A stretch of 64,000 bases of DNA. It comes from Alphaproteobacteria bacterium. GTDB taxonomy: Bacteria; Pseudomonadota; Alphaproteobacteria; UBA828. The stretch is taken from contig CBDEFM010000002.1 in assembly GCA_965237415.1 (NCBI GenBank), forward strand, positions 3,616,001-3,680,000. Reading direction: 5' to 3'. The first letter of the stretch is position 1, and every line of letters begins with the position of its first letter. A program made the position numbers and the translations under genes. Positions 29,902 to 40,379 of this stretch are shown one piece after another. Under the pieces are notes generated by a model that saw nothing but the letters and a program-made list of their open reading frames with translations, was not told where the DNA came from and ran no database searches.

Positions 29902-30738
29902 ATGCAAACCGCAACCGTTCTCTCGGCTCTCCGGCGCGATCCCGCCCTCGCGATATCCGCGGGGCTCGTGTTGCTGTTCGTCATCATTGCGGTGTTCGGC
30001 CCCTGGATCGCGCCTCAGGACCCCAACCAGATCAATCCCGGGTTCAATTATCTGCCGCCCTCGGGCGATTACTGGTTCGGCACCGACCGGAGCGGTCGGG
30101 ACCTGTTCAGCCGGCTCATCGTCGGCACCCGCATGGCGCTTCTGGGCGCGTTTGCCGTCGTCGTGATCGACGTCGGACTGGGCACGGTGTACGGCCTCAT
30201 AGCCGGCTACATCGGCGGCCGGGTCGACAACATCATGATGCGCGCCGGCGACGTCCTGTTGAGCTTTCCGGCACTCATCATGGGCGTGCTCTTCGTCGCC
30301 GTTTTCGGCCCCGGGCTCATCCCGGTGGTGGTCGGGCTCGCACTCGTCTACATGCCGACGGCGGCAAGGGTGGTGCGCTCGCAGGCGCGCATCCAGACGA
30401 AGGAGCAATATGTCGAAGCGGGCCGGCTGCTCGGCTACTCGACGCTGCGCATCGCGTTGCGGCACGTTCTGCCGAACTGCCTGTCCCAAATCATCGTGCA
30501 GGCGAGCATCGTTCTGGCGTACGCAGTCGTGGATCTTGCCGCGCTCAGCTTCCTCGGGCTCGGCGTGCAGCCGCCCACACCCGACTGGGGCAACATGCTG
30601 GCTGAGGCGCAGAAGAGCATGCTGCTGGCGCCCTGGCTGGCGATCTTCCCCGCACTCGCGATCATTATCCTCGTGCTCGCGTGGAACGTGTTCGGCGCGC
30701 GCCTGCGCTACCACCTCGATCCCACGGAGCGCCGGTGA
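29902..30738 (+). CDS. Peptide ABC permease (DppC-like)
   Basis: FGTDRSGRDLFSR, HVLPN, LSFLGLG.QPPTPDWG. Confidence 0.92.
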   Translation: MQTATVLSALRRDPALAISAGLVLLFVIIAVFGPWIAPQDPNQINPGFNYLPPSGDYWFGTDRSGRDLFSRLIVGTRMALLGAFAVVVIDVGLGTVYGLIAGYIGGRVDNIMMRAGDVLLSFPALIMGVLFVAVFGPGLIPVVVGLALVYMPTAARVVRSQARIQTKEQYVEAGRLLGYSTLRIALRHVLPNCLSQIIVQASIVLAYAVVDLAALSFLGLGVQPPTPDWGNMLAEAQKSMLLAPWLAIFPALAIIILVLAWNVFGARLRYHLDPTERR

Positions 30739-31745
30739 GCGACCCACTGCTCAGCGTCGAAGGCCTCACCACGGTCTTCCGGGTTCGTGGCCGGGAATTC
30801 GCGGCGTTGAACGACGTGAGCCTGACCTGCCAGGCCGGCGAGCGGCTCGGGGTGGTCGGCGAGAGCGGCAGCGGCAAGTCGGTCCTGGCGCTGTCGTTGC
30901 TCAATATCATCCGTGCGCCGGGGCGCATCACCGCGGGGCGCATCCTATTCGACGGCCAGGATGTCCTTGGCCTGCCGCGCCGCGAGCTCAGGCGCGTCCG
31001 CGGCGGCGGCATGTCGCTCATCTTCCAGGACGCCGCCGCCTCGCTGACGCCCGTCTATCCGGTGGGCATCCAGCTCGGCGAGGTGATTCGCACGCATCTC
31101 TCGGTCACGAAGGCCGAGGCGGCGAGACAAAGCGTGCGGCTTCTCGGGCAGGTGGGCATTCCGGAGCCCGAGCGCCGGCTGCGGGCGTTCCCGAACGAGC
31201 TGTCTGGGGGCATGAAGCAACGCGTTGCCATCGCGCTCGCGTTGGCCAGCGAGCCCACGCTGCTCATTGCGGACGATCCCACGTCTGCTGTCGACGTCAC
31301 GATCCAGGCCCAGATCCTTGAGCTGCTGCGTCATCTCGTCGACGAACGTAAGCTCGCCCTGATTTACATCTCGCACGATTTCCGCGTCGTCTCGACGATC
31401 TGTGAACGCCTTCTCATCCTCTACGCCGGCGGCATCGTGGAGCAGGGAGACGCAAAATCGGTTTTCACCGCCCCTCGGCACCCCTATACGGACGCTCTAC
31501 TGGCGTGTTCTCCTTCGGTCGAAGAGTATCGTTTTCCCTTCGCGACACTGCCGGGCAATCCACCCAATCCCAGGGATGAGCCGATTACCGGCTGCCAATT
31601 CCATCCGCGTTGTCCTCGTGCGCAGGATGCATGCTCGCGCGAGTCCCCGCCGGATGAGAGCTTCTCACCGGAACACCACTATCGCTGCTGGAGCCCACTC
31701 GGCACGCGGGAGAGCGCATCGTCACCGGTGATGCCGGTCCGATGA
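30735..31745 (+). CDS. Peptide ABC ATPase (DppD-like)
   Basis: GESGSGKS, LSGGMKQR, Walker B reads IADDPT; C-terminal Cys cluster. Confidence 0.9.
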   Translation: MSDPLLSVEGLTTVFRVRGREFAALNDVSLTCQAGERLGVVGESGSGKSVLALSLLNIIRAPGRITAGRILFDGQDVLGLPRRELRRVRGGGMSLIFQDAAASLTPVYPVGIQLGEVIRTHLSVTKAEAARQSVRLLGQVGIPEPERRLRAFPNELSGGMKQRVAIALALASEPTLLIADDPTSAVDVTIQAQILELLRHLVDERKLALIYISHDFRVVSTICERLLILYAGGIVEQGDAKSVFTAPRHPYTDALLACSPSVEEYRFPFATLPGNPPNPRDEPITGCQFHPRCPRAQDACSRESPPDESFSPEHHYRCWSPLGTRESASSPVMPVR

Positions 31746-32785
31746 GCAGCCCCGACATTCACGTACGCATCGAGGATCTGCGGATGCTGTTCCCGGTGAA
31801 GCGTGGGCTCCGGGACACAGTCCTCGGCGTCAAGCAATGGGTGCATGCCGTCGACGGTGTGAGCCTGAATCTCCACCGGGGGGAATGCCTCGCACTCGTC
31901 GGGGAAAGCGGATCGGGCAAGACGACCCTCGCTAACTGCATCGCCGGCTCGCTCGTGCCCGTGGCTGGAGAAATCTGGCTCGATGACGTCATGATTGCGC
32001 GCGCGGGCGCCCTCACCGGACCGAGCGCACGGGAGCGCGCGAAGCTGGTACAGGTGATCTTCCAGGATCCGACCTCCGCGCTCAATCGACGGCTACGGGT
32101 TGGCGGCGTCCTGGCGGAGCCGTTTCTCGTGCACAGGATCTGCGACAAGGTCGAAGCAAAGGCGCGGGTCGATGCGCTCCTCGCGCGCGTCGGCCTGCCA
32201 CCAGAAACAACTGAGCACTATTCCCACGAGCTCAATGCAAGCCAACGACAGCGGGTGGTGATCGCCCGTGCGCTGGCGCTGGAGCCCAAGGTTCTGATTG
32301 CCGACGAGCCCATCGCGAAGCTCGATGTCTCGATGCAGGGCCAGATTCTGAACCTCATCGATCAGCTGAGACGGGAGCTCGACCTCAGCGTCATCTTCAT
32401 AACGCACGACCTGAGCGTGGTGCGGCAGATCGCTACCCGTGTTGCCGTGCTCTATCTAGGTCAGCTCATGGAGCTTCAGGAGACGGAGTCCTTCTTCAAA
32501 TCCGAAGGGCATCCATACAGCCAAGCGCTGCTCAGGTCGACACCGCGGCTTCGGGTCGGTGCCGGGGACAGCGCGCTCCACACCATCAAGGGTGAGATCC
32601 CGAGTCCGATCGACGTGCCGCCCGGCTGCCCGTTCCTCAGCCGATGCTCGGAGGGCGACGACGATTGCGGGCTGTCCCGGCCGCCTCTTCTGCCGGGCTC
32701 GACGGGCGGGCTTATTGCGTGCTTCAAGCGTGACACGGCCGAGGCCGCCGCAACCGGTGGAACCGCAACAGGAGTTAAACGCTGA
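31742..32785 (+). CDS. Peptide ABC ATPase (DppF-like)
   Basis: GESGSGKT, signature reads LNASQRQR, IADEP. Confidence 0.9.
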   Translation: MSSPDIHVRIEDLRMLFPVKRGLRDTVLGVKQWVHAVDGVSLNLHRGECLALVGESGSGKTTLANCIAGSLVPVAGEIWLDDVMIARAGALTGPSARERAKLVQVIFQDPTSALNRRLRVGGVLAEPFLVHRICDKVEAKARVDALLARVGLPPETTEHYSHELNASQRQRVVIARALALEPKVLIADEPIAKLDVSMQGQILNLIDQLRRELDLSVIFITHDLSVVRQIATRVAVLYLGQLMELQETESFFKSEGHPYSQALLRSTPRLRVGAGDSALHTIKGEIPSPIDVPPGCPFLSRCSEGDDDCGLSRPPLLPGSTGGLIACFKRDTAEAAATGGTATGVKR

Positions 32786-32818
32786 TCCCGACCCGATTGG
32801 ACGATGTCGGACGGATTG

Positions 32819-33377
32819 CTACCAGTCCGGTTCCTCTTCTCGTTGCGGGTGGACGGCGCCGACGAGGCGGCCCGCCCAGTTGCGCAGCGGCTTCTCCAGC
32901 ATGTCAGCCAGTGCCTCCCGGTCGCGGTCGTCGAGAACACCGAGACGGTTGAGCATGGCCGCAACGGCGGCATCGGCGGTGCGGGTCGCGCCGTCGCGCA
33001 CCTTGAGCGCTAGACCGAAGCCCTGCTCGTAGAGCGCGGCGAAGAACACCCCCTCGGCGCCGAACTTGACCAGCACCCGCGTGCCCGCCGTCCCGACGAT
33101 GCGCGTGCACGCGCGGCCGTCGCCGGCGACCATGAAGGGATGCGCGGCCACTGCGCGCCTCACCCGCGCGATCGCCGCCTGGCGCTCCCCGGCGAGGCCG
33201 GAAGGGTCTGCGATGTGCGCGGCGGCCCGCGCGAGGGCGGAAAGCGGCAGGCCGATGGTCGGGATGCTGCAGCCGTCCGTCGCCCACGGCGCTTGTTCGA
33301 GGTCGTGGCCGGAGAGCGCCGCGATGGCGGCCGTCACCCGTTGCTGCACCGGATGGTCGCGCGCGATGTAGCCCCGC
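32819..33377 (-). pseudogene. L-asparaginase II (rhizobial AnsA-type) 3' fragment
   Basis: HPVQQ, DGCSIPT, K.GAEGVF, LKVRDGA.R; 5' half missing. Confidence 0.8.
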
Positions 33378-33788
33378 GTAGCCCCGCGTCGGCTCGCCTA
33401 GCGCCCGCGCCGTCACCAGGAAAGACGGTGTGCACCTATGCACCTATCAATTCTGATTTTCGGTACACTGAGGCTGACGTAGGGTTGCAGGTTCCTCCTG
33501 TAACAGGGTTACAATACAAAGCTTAGGGTTGCTGTCAAGGACGGATAGGGTCGATTTGAACGACACAGAGTGCGACAGAGTTTCACTGAGGAGTTGCACT
33601 CAGGGATCAGGTCTGAAAGCTGGAATGGAACATCTATACAATCCTGATGATGGGGTGAGTGAGTTCTGTACGTAACCTATAAGTGATACGGGTCATATGG
33701 CGATGAGAAATTTCTTGGGACTATGCATGACCTTGTCTTCCATATGGAGATCTGCTGTGTCGCAGCTGGCGCAGGCTAATTCGGACGG

Positions 33789-34160
33789 ATGGCGACCATG
33801 AGGGAGGATGCCAGCGGGCGGCGCCAGCGTGCCGTGATGGCGACCGATGCGGAGTGGGAACGGATCGGCCGGGCGGCTGCGGAGAGCGGCATGGATCTGT
33901 CGCGCTTCGTAATCCATCGCGCGCTGGACCGGGACCCTCTGCCGCCGGAGGTCCTGCGCCGGGCGGTGCGCGAGATGCTGGTGCTGGCCAGGCTGGAGGA
34001 GAGGCGGCTGTGCGGGGCCGGCGCCGGAAAGATTTGGGAGGACGCCTGCGACGCGGTGGACGAATGGATCGACCGGGAGGGCATGCTGGAGGGGCTGACC
34101 GATCCCGGCGCGGCGAACCGCTGGAAGGCGGTGGAACCGGCCGGGGAGGACGAGCCGTGA
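33789..34160 (+). CDS. Small RHH/MobC-like protein
   Basis: ATDAEWERIGRAAAESGMDLSRFV ribbon-helix-helix-like pattern. Confidence 0.5.
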   Translation: MATMREDASGRRQRAVMATDAEWERIGRAAAESGMDLSRFVIHRALDRDPLPPEVLRRAVREMLVLARLEERRLCGAGAGKIWEDACDAVDEWIDREGMLEGLTDPGAANRWKAVEPAGEDEP

Positions 34161-34162
34161 CG

Positions 34163-34273
34163 GAGGAGGCGGGGCGGTCGGGCAGGCGGCAGCGGAGCCT
34201 GCACTGCAAGCCGGCAGAGGAGGCGGGGCGGTCCGGCAGGCGGCAGCGGAGCCTGCACTGCAAGCCGGCAGAG
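34163..34273 (+). repeat. 54-bp tandem duplication (2 copies, 1 mismatch) at the start of a truncated MobC-like ORF (GTG 34157)
   Basis: Encodes EEAGRSGRRQRSLHCKPA twice, then EQAMIRERAAA. Confidence 0.85.
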
Positions 34274-34314
34274 CAGGCGATGATCCGGGAGCGTGCTGCG
34301 GCGGGGCCGCCCAC

Positions 34315-35178
34315 GTGCATCCCTTCTACCTGCCGGGGCACGAAGGGCTCATCAACCGCCTGCAAGAGCTGCGGCAACACCCTGCCGTCGAGGAACTTCC
34401 CGAACGAGAACGCAACCAGATCGACTCCATCCTCGAACAAAACACGCGCCAGACCACAGCCATCTCGCACGTCGACAACCATCTCGCCGAGGTCCAACGC
34501 TGCCGCAACCACCTCGCGGAGCTCCAGGATCTGGCGTACACGTACAAACTCAAGCTTGAGAAGGTGCACTCCTACGACGAATGGCACGACACCGCAGAGC
34601 GCCTCCTCGCGGCCGGCAAGGCCATCGCCGTTGACCGGAAAACCTACGGCCCCTGCCTCAACCACACTCCCCATGCGTGGAAGGACGTCCATGCCAGCAT
34701 CCGCGAGCTCGCCAGCGCCCTCGGCCACGACATCACCTCCCTCCATCACCGGCAGCCCGAGCTTTACCTCGAGCCCATCACCCGGCCCGTACCCGACTCA
34801 CAGCAGGCCAAGGACGCCGACGCGAGCTACCGCCGCCTCCGCGACGAATGGCACAAGCACGTCGCCCTCGCAGAATCGACGCAAACCCACCCCTACCACC
34901 TCAAGGGCCACGCCGAGCTCATCGACGCCACGCGCGAACTCCGCAACCTGCCCGATCTCGCCACAAACGCTCAGCAGGCCCTCGATACCCTGCTCCACGA
35001 CTACACCCCACTCCAACAGGTCCGACAGCACATCCACGCCTACCTCGACAAAGCTGAGCACGCCTTGGAGGAGTACCAGCGCTTCAAGGACACCGTGCAA
35101 GAGCTCAGTCCACTGGACGTCCGCCTTGAGGACATCGAGGGCTATGGCGCGAATGGAAGGACCGCGCCCTGCGCCTGA
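34315..35178 (+). pseudogene. Fragment of a helical repeat protein, possibly a relaxase C-terminal region
   Basis: Internal repeat HPFYLPGHEGLINRLQEL / HPYHLKGHAELIDATREL; C/A-skewed strand; both ends look truncated. Confidence 0.45.
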
Positions 35179-35863
35179 CCGACACCACATGCCGGCCGGT
35201 GCGCGAGCGCAGATGGTCGATGAGGTCGTCCAGCGACGGTGCCTCCGATCCCGGCCCCAGGTCAGCGACGCAGTCGACCCATGGCCAGTCGGCCAGCGCC
35301 TCCGCCGTCGCCCCGCCGGACAGCAGAGGATGCCCGCGGTGCGCGACGGTGCCCATGGTAAGTGCTGGCAGCTCTTCGCGCCGCAGAGAGTCCGGCAGGC
35401 ATGCCCCGGCGTCGAGACCGCCGCAGTGCAGGTCGCTCTCCCCGGCCTCCAGCAGGCGCAGCCCTTCGCCCCGGCCGGCGCTGCGCAGCCGCAGCTCGAT
35501 CCCGGGAAATCCCTCCCGGAAGCGCCCGACGGCGTCCGCCACGACGCCTTGCATCCAGAGCGCATCGGCGGTCGCCCGGATGTGCCCGTTGCGGCCCGCG
35601 AGCGCGCCGCCGATCCGGTCCTCCGCCTCCTCGTAGGCGCGCAGCAGGCGCCGGGCCTCTTCGGCAGCCGCGGCGCCGAGCGCCGTCAGCCGCACGCCGG
35701 TCGGCAGGCGTTCGAACAGCGGCGCGCCGAACCGGCTCTCAAGCGCGGCGATCGCGCGGGTCAGCGCCGGCTGGCCGATCGCCAGACGGTCGGCCGCGGC
35801 CACGACTTTCCCCGCCTCCACCACCGCCAGGAACTTCTCGATCTCGCTCCGACGCCTGAACAT
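35170..35863 (-). pseudogene. LysR-family regulator, C-terminally truncated
   Basis: AAADRLAIGQPALTRAIAALESRFGAPLFER. Confidence 0.8.
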
Positions 35864-36536
35864 GCCGACGCCTTCGCACGGCCCGGCCGCCGGATCGAAT
35901 ACGGATTATCAATGAAGAAAGCCGCGACCATAGCCTGAAACCGAAACTGGCAGCCCTGGAACCCGGTCCCGACGCACCCCGCCGGGCCTGGCGGGAGCGC
36001 GCTCCCCACCGAAACCGGCACGTACAGGGTCAGTGGGTTTGGTCGCTTCGTTTGGTGACTTCCGGCATCGAAAACTCCGATTCCGTCTACCGGTCGGGGC
36101 ACCGTATGGGTCTCCAACAGGATGCAAACCCGCGTGTACCATTGGCGGTCGCCGACCTGTCGACGAGAACCTGACGCCATCGCAGTTGGGACCATTCCAA
36201 CGACAAGCGCACCCATGTCATCCATTCCCTTGATGACGGTAGATCATCACAGGCAAGGAGCCGAGTCTTCGTCGCCGCCTCGAAATCCACCATCCCGGAC
36301 GCGCTCGGCGCGAAAACCCCCAATTGCAACCTTGTACATGCAGATTGTGGGTCTGAAGGTTCGAGCACGGTAAGCACGTTCACCTCCCGTCCGCCGACCG
36401 ATCGTCATCCCACGGCGAGACAGGTCACTTCGTCTCGTTTCAGAAATTGGCTACACGAATACTCTTGTGAATATTTTGAGGTAGATTTTGTAAATCGGCT
36501 GCGATACAGTCCCTCCAGCATCATGGAGACTGCCTC

Positions 36537-37139
36537 ATGCCGGTTCCGCGGAGAGATATAGTCCAACCGATCATCGAGAAGCACCGCCAACCAATTTTGG
36601 CCGCCGTTCTGGGCGCCTGGGACGATTGGCTCAAGAGCCCGCACCCCGGGGTCTGGCGCTGCAAGCGCAGCCGAGCGAACTTCGTGTGGGAACAAATCAT
36701 TGAGCGGGCCCACCTCGAATTCGACGATGCACCCGCTGTTCACATCATCGAGGGTCATGAGACGTTCAAGTTCCTGGTCGAACACCAGGTCCTCTTTCGG
36801 TTCAAGAAGGGCGACGAGTCTGGGCTGAGTGCCAACGTGCCAACCCAACTCGCTCTCGCGTTCCACGATCACAATCAAGACATGCTGCACTTGCCTGAGG
36901 TCCACCGCGTCGATGTCGTGTACCAGCTCAATCAGCTGGAAACAGGAATCGTCGACGTGATCCTCGTCGCGCGCGACGAGGACGTTGTGGTCTGGTCGTA
37001 CAGCCTGCTCAACACCGACGCAAAGGTCGTGCCGCTGCCCACGCCTGCGCCCAGCGACAAGCCCTCGACGCTTCCCACGCGGCGCTTGGTCCGCCCGCGC
37101 GAGGTCTCCCAAGGACAAAACCGAGATAGGCGGGACTGA
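36537..37139 (+). CDS. Hypothetical protein paired with an HTH-ImmA/IrrE peptidase (possible RosmerTA-like toxin)
   Basis: Good RBS; RFKKGD..GLSANVPTQ motif; stop 2 bp before the next gene. Confidence 0.7.
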   Translation: MPVPRRDIVQPIIEKHRQPILAAVLGAWDDWLKSPHPGVWRCKRSRANFVWEQIIERAHLEFDDAPAVHIIEGHETFKFLVEHQVLFRFKKGDESGLSANVPTQLALAFHDHNQDMLHLPEVHRVDVVYQLNQLETGIVDVILVARDEDVVVWSYSLLNTDAKVVPLPTPAPSDKPSTLPTRRLVRPREVSQGQNRDRRD

Positions 37140-37141
37140 CC

Positions 37142-38221
37142 GTGCCCGGCACGTTCAATTCCGACCTGCTGCGGATAGCCCGACACGCACGGGGATGGAG
37201 TCAGACCGAGCTCTCAAAACAGTCCGGAATCTCCCAGGCGAACCTATCAAAGCTGGAGAACGGGCTGATCGGTCCCACCGATGATGTTCTTCATAGCGTA
37301 GCCAACGCTCTGCACTTTCCGCGGTCGCTATTTTTCGAGCCAGACAAGATGCTGGGGCTGCCGATCAGCGTCCACCCGATGTACCGCAAGAAGGCGAGCG
37401 TGGGCCACCGCGGCCTTGAACGTCTTGAAGCCGAACTCAACATTCGTCTGCTCCATATCCGGCGACTGCTAGAATCCACCGAGTTCGAGCCCGAGCTACG
37501 GCTGCCAGACATGGATATCGACGAGTTCGGTGGCGACCCGGAGCGCATAGCGGAACTTGTACGTCGAACGTGGCTCGTCCCGACCGGGCCCATGAAGGAC
37601 CTCGTGGGGTGGGTTGAAAGGGCCGGATGTGTGGTAATGCCGTGCAACTTCGCAGCCCTTGCAGTCGACGGGGTGACCATAAGCTCTCCAAGCCTGCCGC
37701 CATGCATTTTCCTGAACCGGAACCAACCCGCCGATCGCCAAAGATTCAGCCTCGGCCATGAACTCGGCCATATCGTTATGCACCGAGTGCCGTCTCCCAA
37801 GATGGAAGATGAAGCCAACGCCTTCGCTTCCGCATTGCTGATGCCGGCGAGAGATGTGCGTCCATATCTATCGGGGCGCCTAACGATCCAGAAGCTAGCT
37901 GCTCTAAAGCCGGTCTGGCACGTCTCAATGCAGGCACTCCTCTATCGCGCAAAGGCCGTGGGGGCCATCACCGCAAATCAAAGCCAGTACCTCTGGAGGC
38001 AGATCAGCGCCCTCGGCTACAGGCGCAATGAGCCCCCTGAGTTGGACTTCCCGGCCGAGGAACCCACCGTGCTACCGGAGATGATTCGTGTGCACCTCGA
38101 GGAGCTAGGCTACGAGATCGAGGATCTGTGCTCAGTGCTGCACGTATTTGAGGATGACCTACGCAACATACATCCGTTGCCCGGTAACCCTGTCGGACCA
38201 AACCTTCGTGTGGTCAAGTGA
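37142..38221 (+). CDS. XRE-HTH + ImmA/IrrE (M78) zinc metallopeptidase
   Basis: N-terminal HTH (ARGWSQTELS...LSKLENG); RFSLGHELGH (HExxH); EDEANAFASALLMP. Confidence 0.92.
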   Translation: MPGTFNSDLLRIARHARGWSQTELSKQSGISQANLSKLENGLIGPTDDVLHSVANALHFPRSLFFEPDKMLGLPISVHPMYRKKASVGHRGLERLEAELNIRLLHIRRLLESTEFEPELRLPDMDIDEFGGDPERIAELVRRTWLVPTGPMKDLVGWVERAGCVVMPCNFAALAVDGVTISSPSLPPCIFLNRNQPADRQRFSLGHELGHIVMHRVPSPKMEDEANAFASALLMPARDVRPYLSGRLTIQKLAALKPVWHVSMQALLYRAKAVGAITANQSQYLWRQISALGYRRNEPPELDFPAEEPTVLPEMIRVHLEELGYEIEDLCSVLHVFEDDLRNIHPLPGNPVGPNLRVVK

Positions 38222-38280
38222 CAATCAGTTGCGCCACAGCCAACTCAACGCTTCTGTCAAACAATCTGAGATTAGGTCCC

Positions 38281-39276
38281 ATGACCAGTAGCAGCCAAGG
38301 TCTTCTACCTCTGGTCGAAGCCCTACTCGCGGCGTCGCGCTCACGGACCTCCTGGAACGAGCGGTTCGAGCACTGGGAAAAGCCGGCCAGCGAGACCGAG
38401 GAGTCACAGATCAAGCGCTCGGCCGCAATGGTTCAGCGCGCACTCGATAACAACTCTTGGCTCGTGAGGGAAGGCGTGCAGGTAAGACCTCAAGGTAGCT
38501 ACCACAACAACACCAATGTCCGTCAGGACAGCGACATGGACCTGTGCGCCTGGCACGCTGGCATTCGCGTGTTGACGGAGGACGGCCTCACAACTGGCGA
38601 GGTGTACCGCACGCTGGGCTACAGCTCCACCACTGGTCGTATGATTCCTGACATAGCCGCAGACCTCCGGCGAGCGGTTGGTCACGCATTGGGCGCCGCT
38701 TTTGGCGACGCCCATGTGCATGGGGGCAACAAGGCGTTCCGGGTATCGGCCGTACCCGGCAGCCGAGCCGACGCTGACGTTGTACCTGCGGTCCACCTCG
38801 ACTACGTGTTCAAACGTGGATCAGGACTCTTCTATTCCCTCGATCGAGTAGAGGGAGTGATCATCTATGCGCAAGACGGCACGCAGGTCCTGAACTTCCC
38901 GCAGCAACACCATCAGAACGGCAAGGCAAAAAGGGAGCGAACCAAGCACCGCTTTAAGAAGGTGGTTCGTACTGCCAAACGGCTCCGGGACGAACTCGTA
39001 ACATTGAGGCAACTGCAACCGGGTCAAGTGCCCTCGTTCTTGATCGAGTGTCTTGTCTATGGCGTCGTGGACTCGACCTTCCTCTTTGACGAGGACCGTT
39101 ACGACAGGTTGCGTCGCGTGCTGTGTCGCGTTGGCGAACAGCTCTTGAACCCATTCTGGACGGCAACTGCACGCGAGACCAATGAGGTCAAACTGCTATT
39201 CCACGAAAGCCAGCCATGGTCTACCGCCGGCGCGCAGGCGTTCGTGACGGCAGCACTGCGCCGATTAGAGAGTTGA
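38281..39276 (+). CDS. cGAS/DncV-like nucleotidyltransferase (CD-NTase), CdnE-like
   Basis: QGSYHNNTNVRQDSDMD, DADVVPA, NFPQQHHQNG..K, FKKVVR..KRLR, PSFLIECLVY; alternative GTG start at 38218. Confidence 0.88.
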   Translation: MTSSSQGLLPLVEALLAASRSRTSWNERFEHWEKPASETEESQIKRSAAMVQRALDNNSWLVREGVQVRPQGSYHNNTNVRQDSDMDLCAWHAGIRVLTEDGLTTGEVYRTLGYSSTTGRMIPDIAADLRRAVGHALGAAFGDAHVHGGNKAFRVSAVPGSRADADVVPAVHLDYVFKRGSGLFYSLDRVEGVIIYAQDGTQVLNFPQQHHQNGKAKRERTKHRFKKVVRTAKRLRDELVTLRQLQPGQVPSFLIECLVYGVVDSTFLFDEDRYDRLRRVLCRVGEQLLNPFWTATARETNEVKLLFHESQPWSTAGAQAFVTAALRRLES

Positions 39277-39279
39277 TCA

Positions 39280-39894
39280 ATGTGGTCCCTTCTGCCGCGC
39301 CGTCTACAGCTGCTCAGCATCGTTATCCCAACAATCGTGATTGTCTTGGCCACGGAGGCGGCAATAGAGATTGCTGGCGGCGAGAAAACGAACCCCCTAA
39401 AGCACGCGTCTCTCGTGGCTTTCGTAATCGGTGCCATGTTGGCGCCCTTGGCGAATTTCCTATGGCGTTACATTTGGCGCTGGATCCCAGCAATTGAGGG
39501 CGCCATCTTTCCTGATCTCAATGGAACTTGGGAAGGTAGCATTTTCACAACCTGGACCGACCCTAAGACCGGAGAGAGTCCGTCTCCGATTCCAGCGACT
39601 GTATGGATGAAACAGTCGCTGTTCTCGACGAAACTCCGTCTTCGGACAGGCGAGTCACACTCCTACTCGACAAGATGCCACCTTGAGGCTGACCGCAATG
39701 CAGGAGTTTACAGGTTTTGGTATTCGTATGACAATCGACCTAAAGCGGAATTCAGTCATCGCAGTGCAAGACACGAAGGAATTGCGTGGCTAGAGTTGAA
39801 CATTGATGAGGACCGAGATCGACTGGTCGGACAGTACTTCACGGATCGGAGAACAACCGGCGATGTTAATTTACGCCGAGCGGTAACGCACTAA
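39280..39894 (+). CDS. CBASS 2TM + beta-barrel effector (Cap15-like)
   Basis: Two N-terminal hydrophobic helices, then PDLNGTWEG, T.ES.S.S, YSYDNRP, H.G, G.YFTDR.TTG. Confidence 0.85.
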   Translation: MWSLLPRRLQLLSIVIPTIVIVLATEAAIEIAGGEKTNPLKHASLVAFVIGAMLAPLANFLWRYIWRWIPAIEGAIFPDLNGTWEGSIFTTWTDPKTGESPSPIPATVWMKQSLFSTKLRLRTGESHSYSTRCHLEADRNAGVYRFWYSYDNRPKAEFSHRSARHEGIAWLELNIDEDRDRLVGQYFTDRRTTGDVNLRRAVTH

Positions 39895-40379
39895 GAAATG
39901 CGCGAATTAGTTGGGCCTTGGCGTCAAGACTACCAAGCTTTCCTAACTGCATATCGATGAGAAACAAGGCGCCTACATTAAGATCTGAGGAAGTTGATCG
40001 GTAACCATTCCGCGTGAGCCGCCTGTTCGGATGGGGATCGCTTGGGAGGTCCGACCAAACAGGACACAGAAGGGTCGACATCGCGCACGCCGCCCAATGC
40101 TATCGACTTCGAGGTGTTGAAAGCCTTTGCCGTCACCACGGACCGTGCTCGTCCGGGCGGCCGCCAAGTTTGCCTTGGCGACCGGTCCGTTGAGCTTCTC
40201 CCTCTGATCCCGGCCATTGGCGATGGGAGTTTTCCTGCGGACACCGGAGACGGAAGAGCTCGCGATGAGGCGGCAACGGAGCTGATTGTTGCGTAAGCGA
40301 TTTGAGCGCCCCACCCCTTCCAGATAGGCATGGGATCTGAGATTCACTGCTGCGACGTGAGCAGGAGGTGAATTTCTCA

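Noticed and set aside
33854-35938. 694-aa ORF
   Set aside because: Low-complexity off-frame and antisense read-through across several real genes; typical of high-GC DNA.
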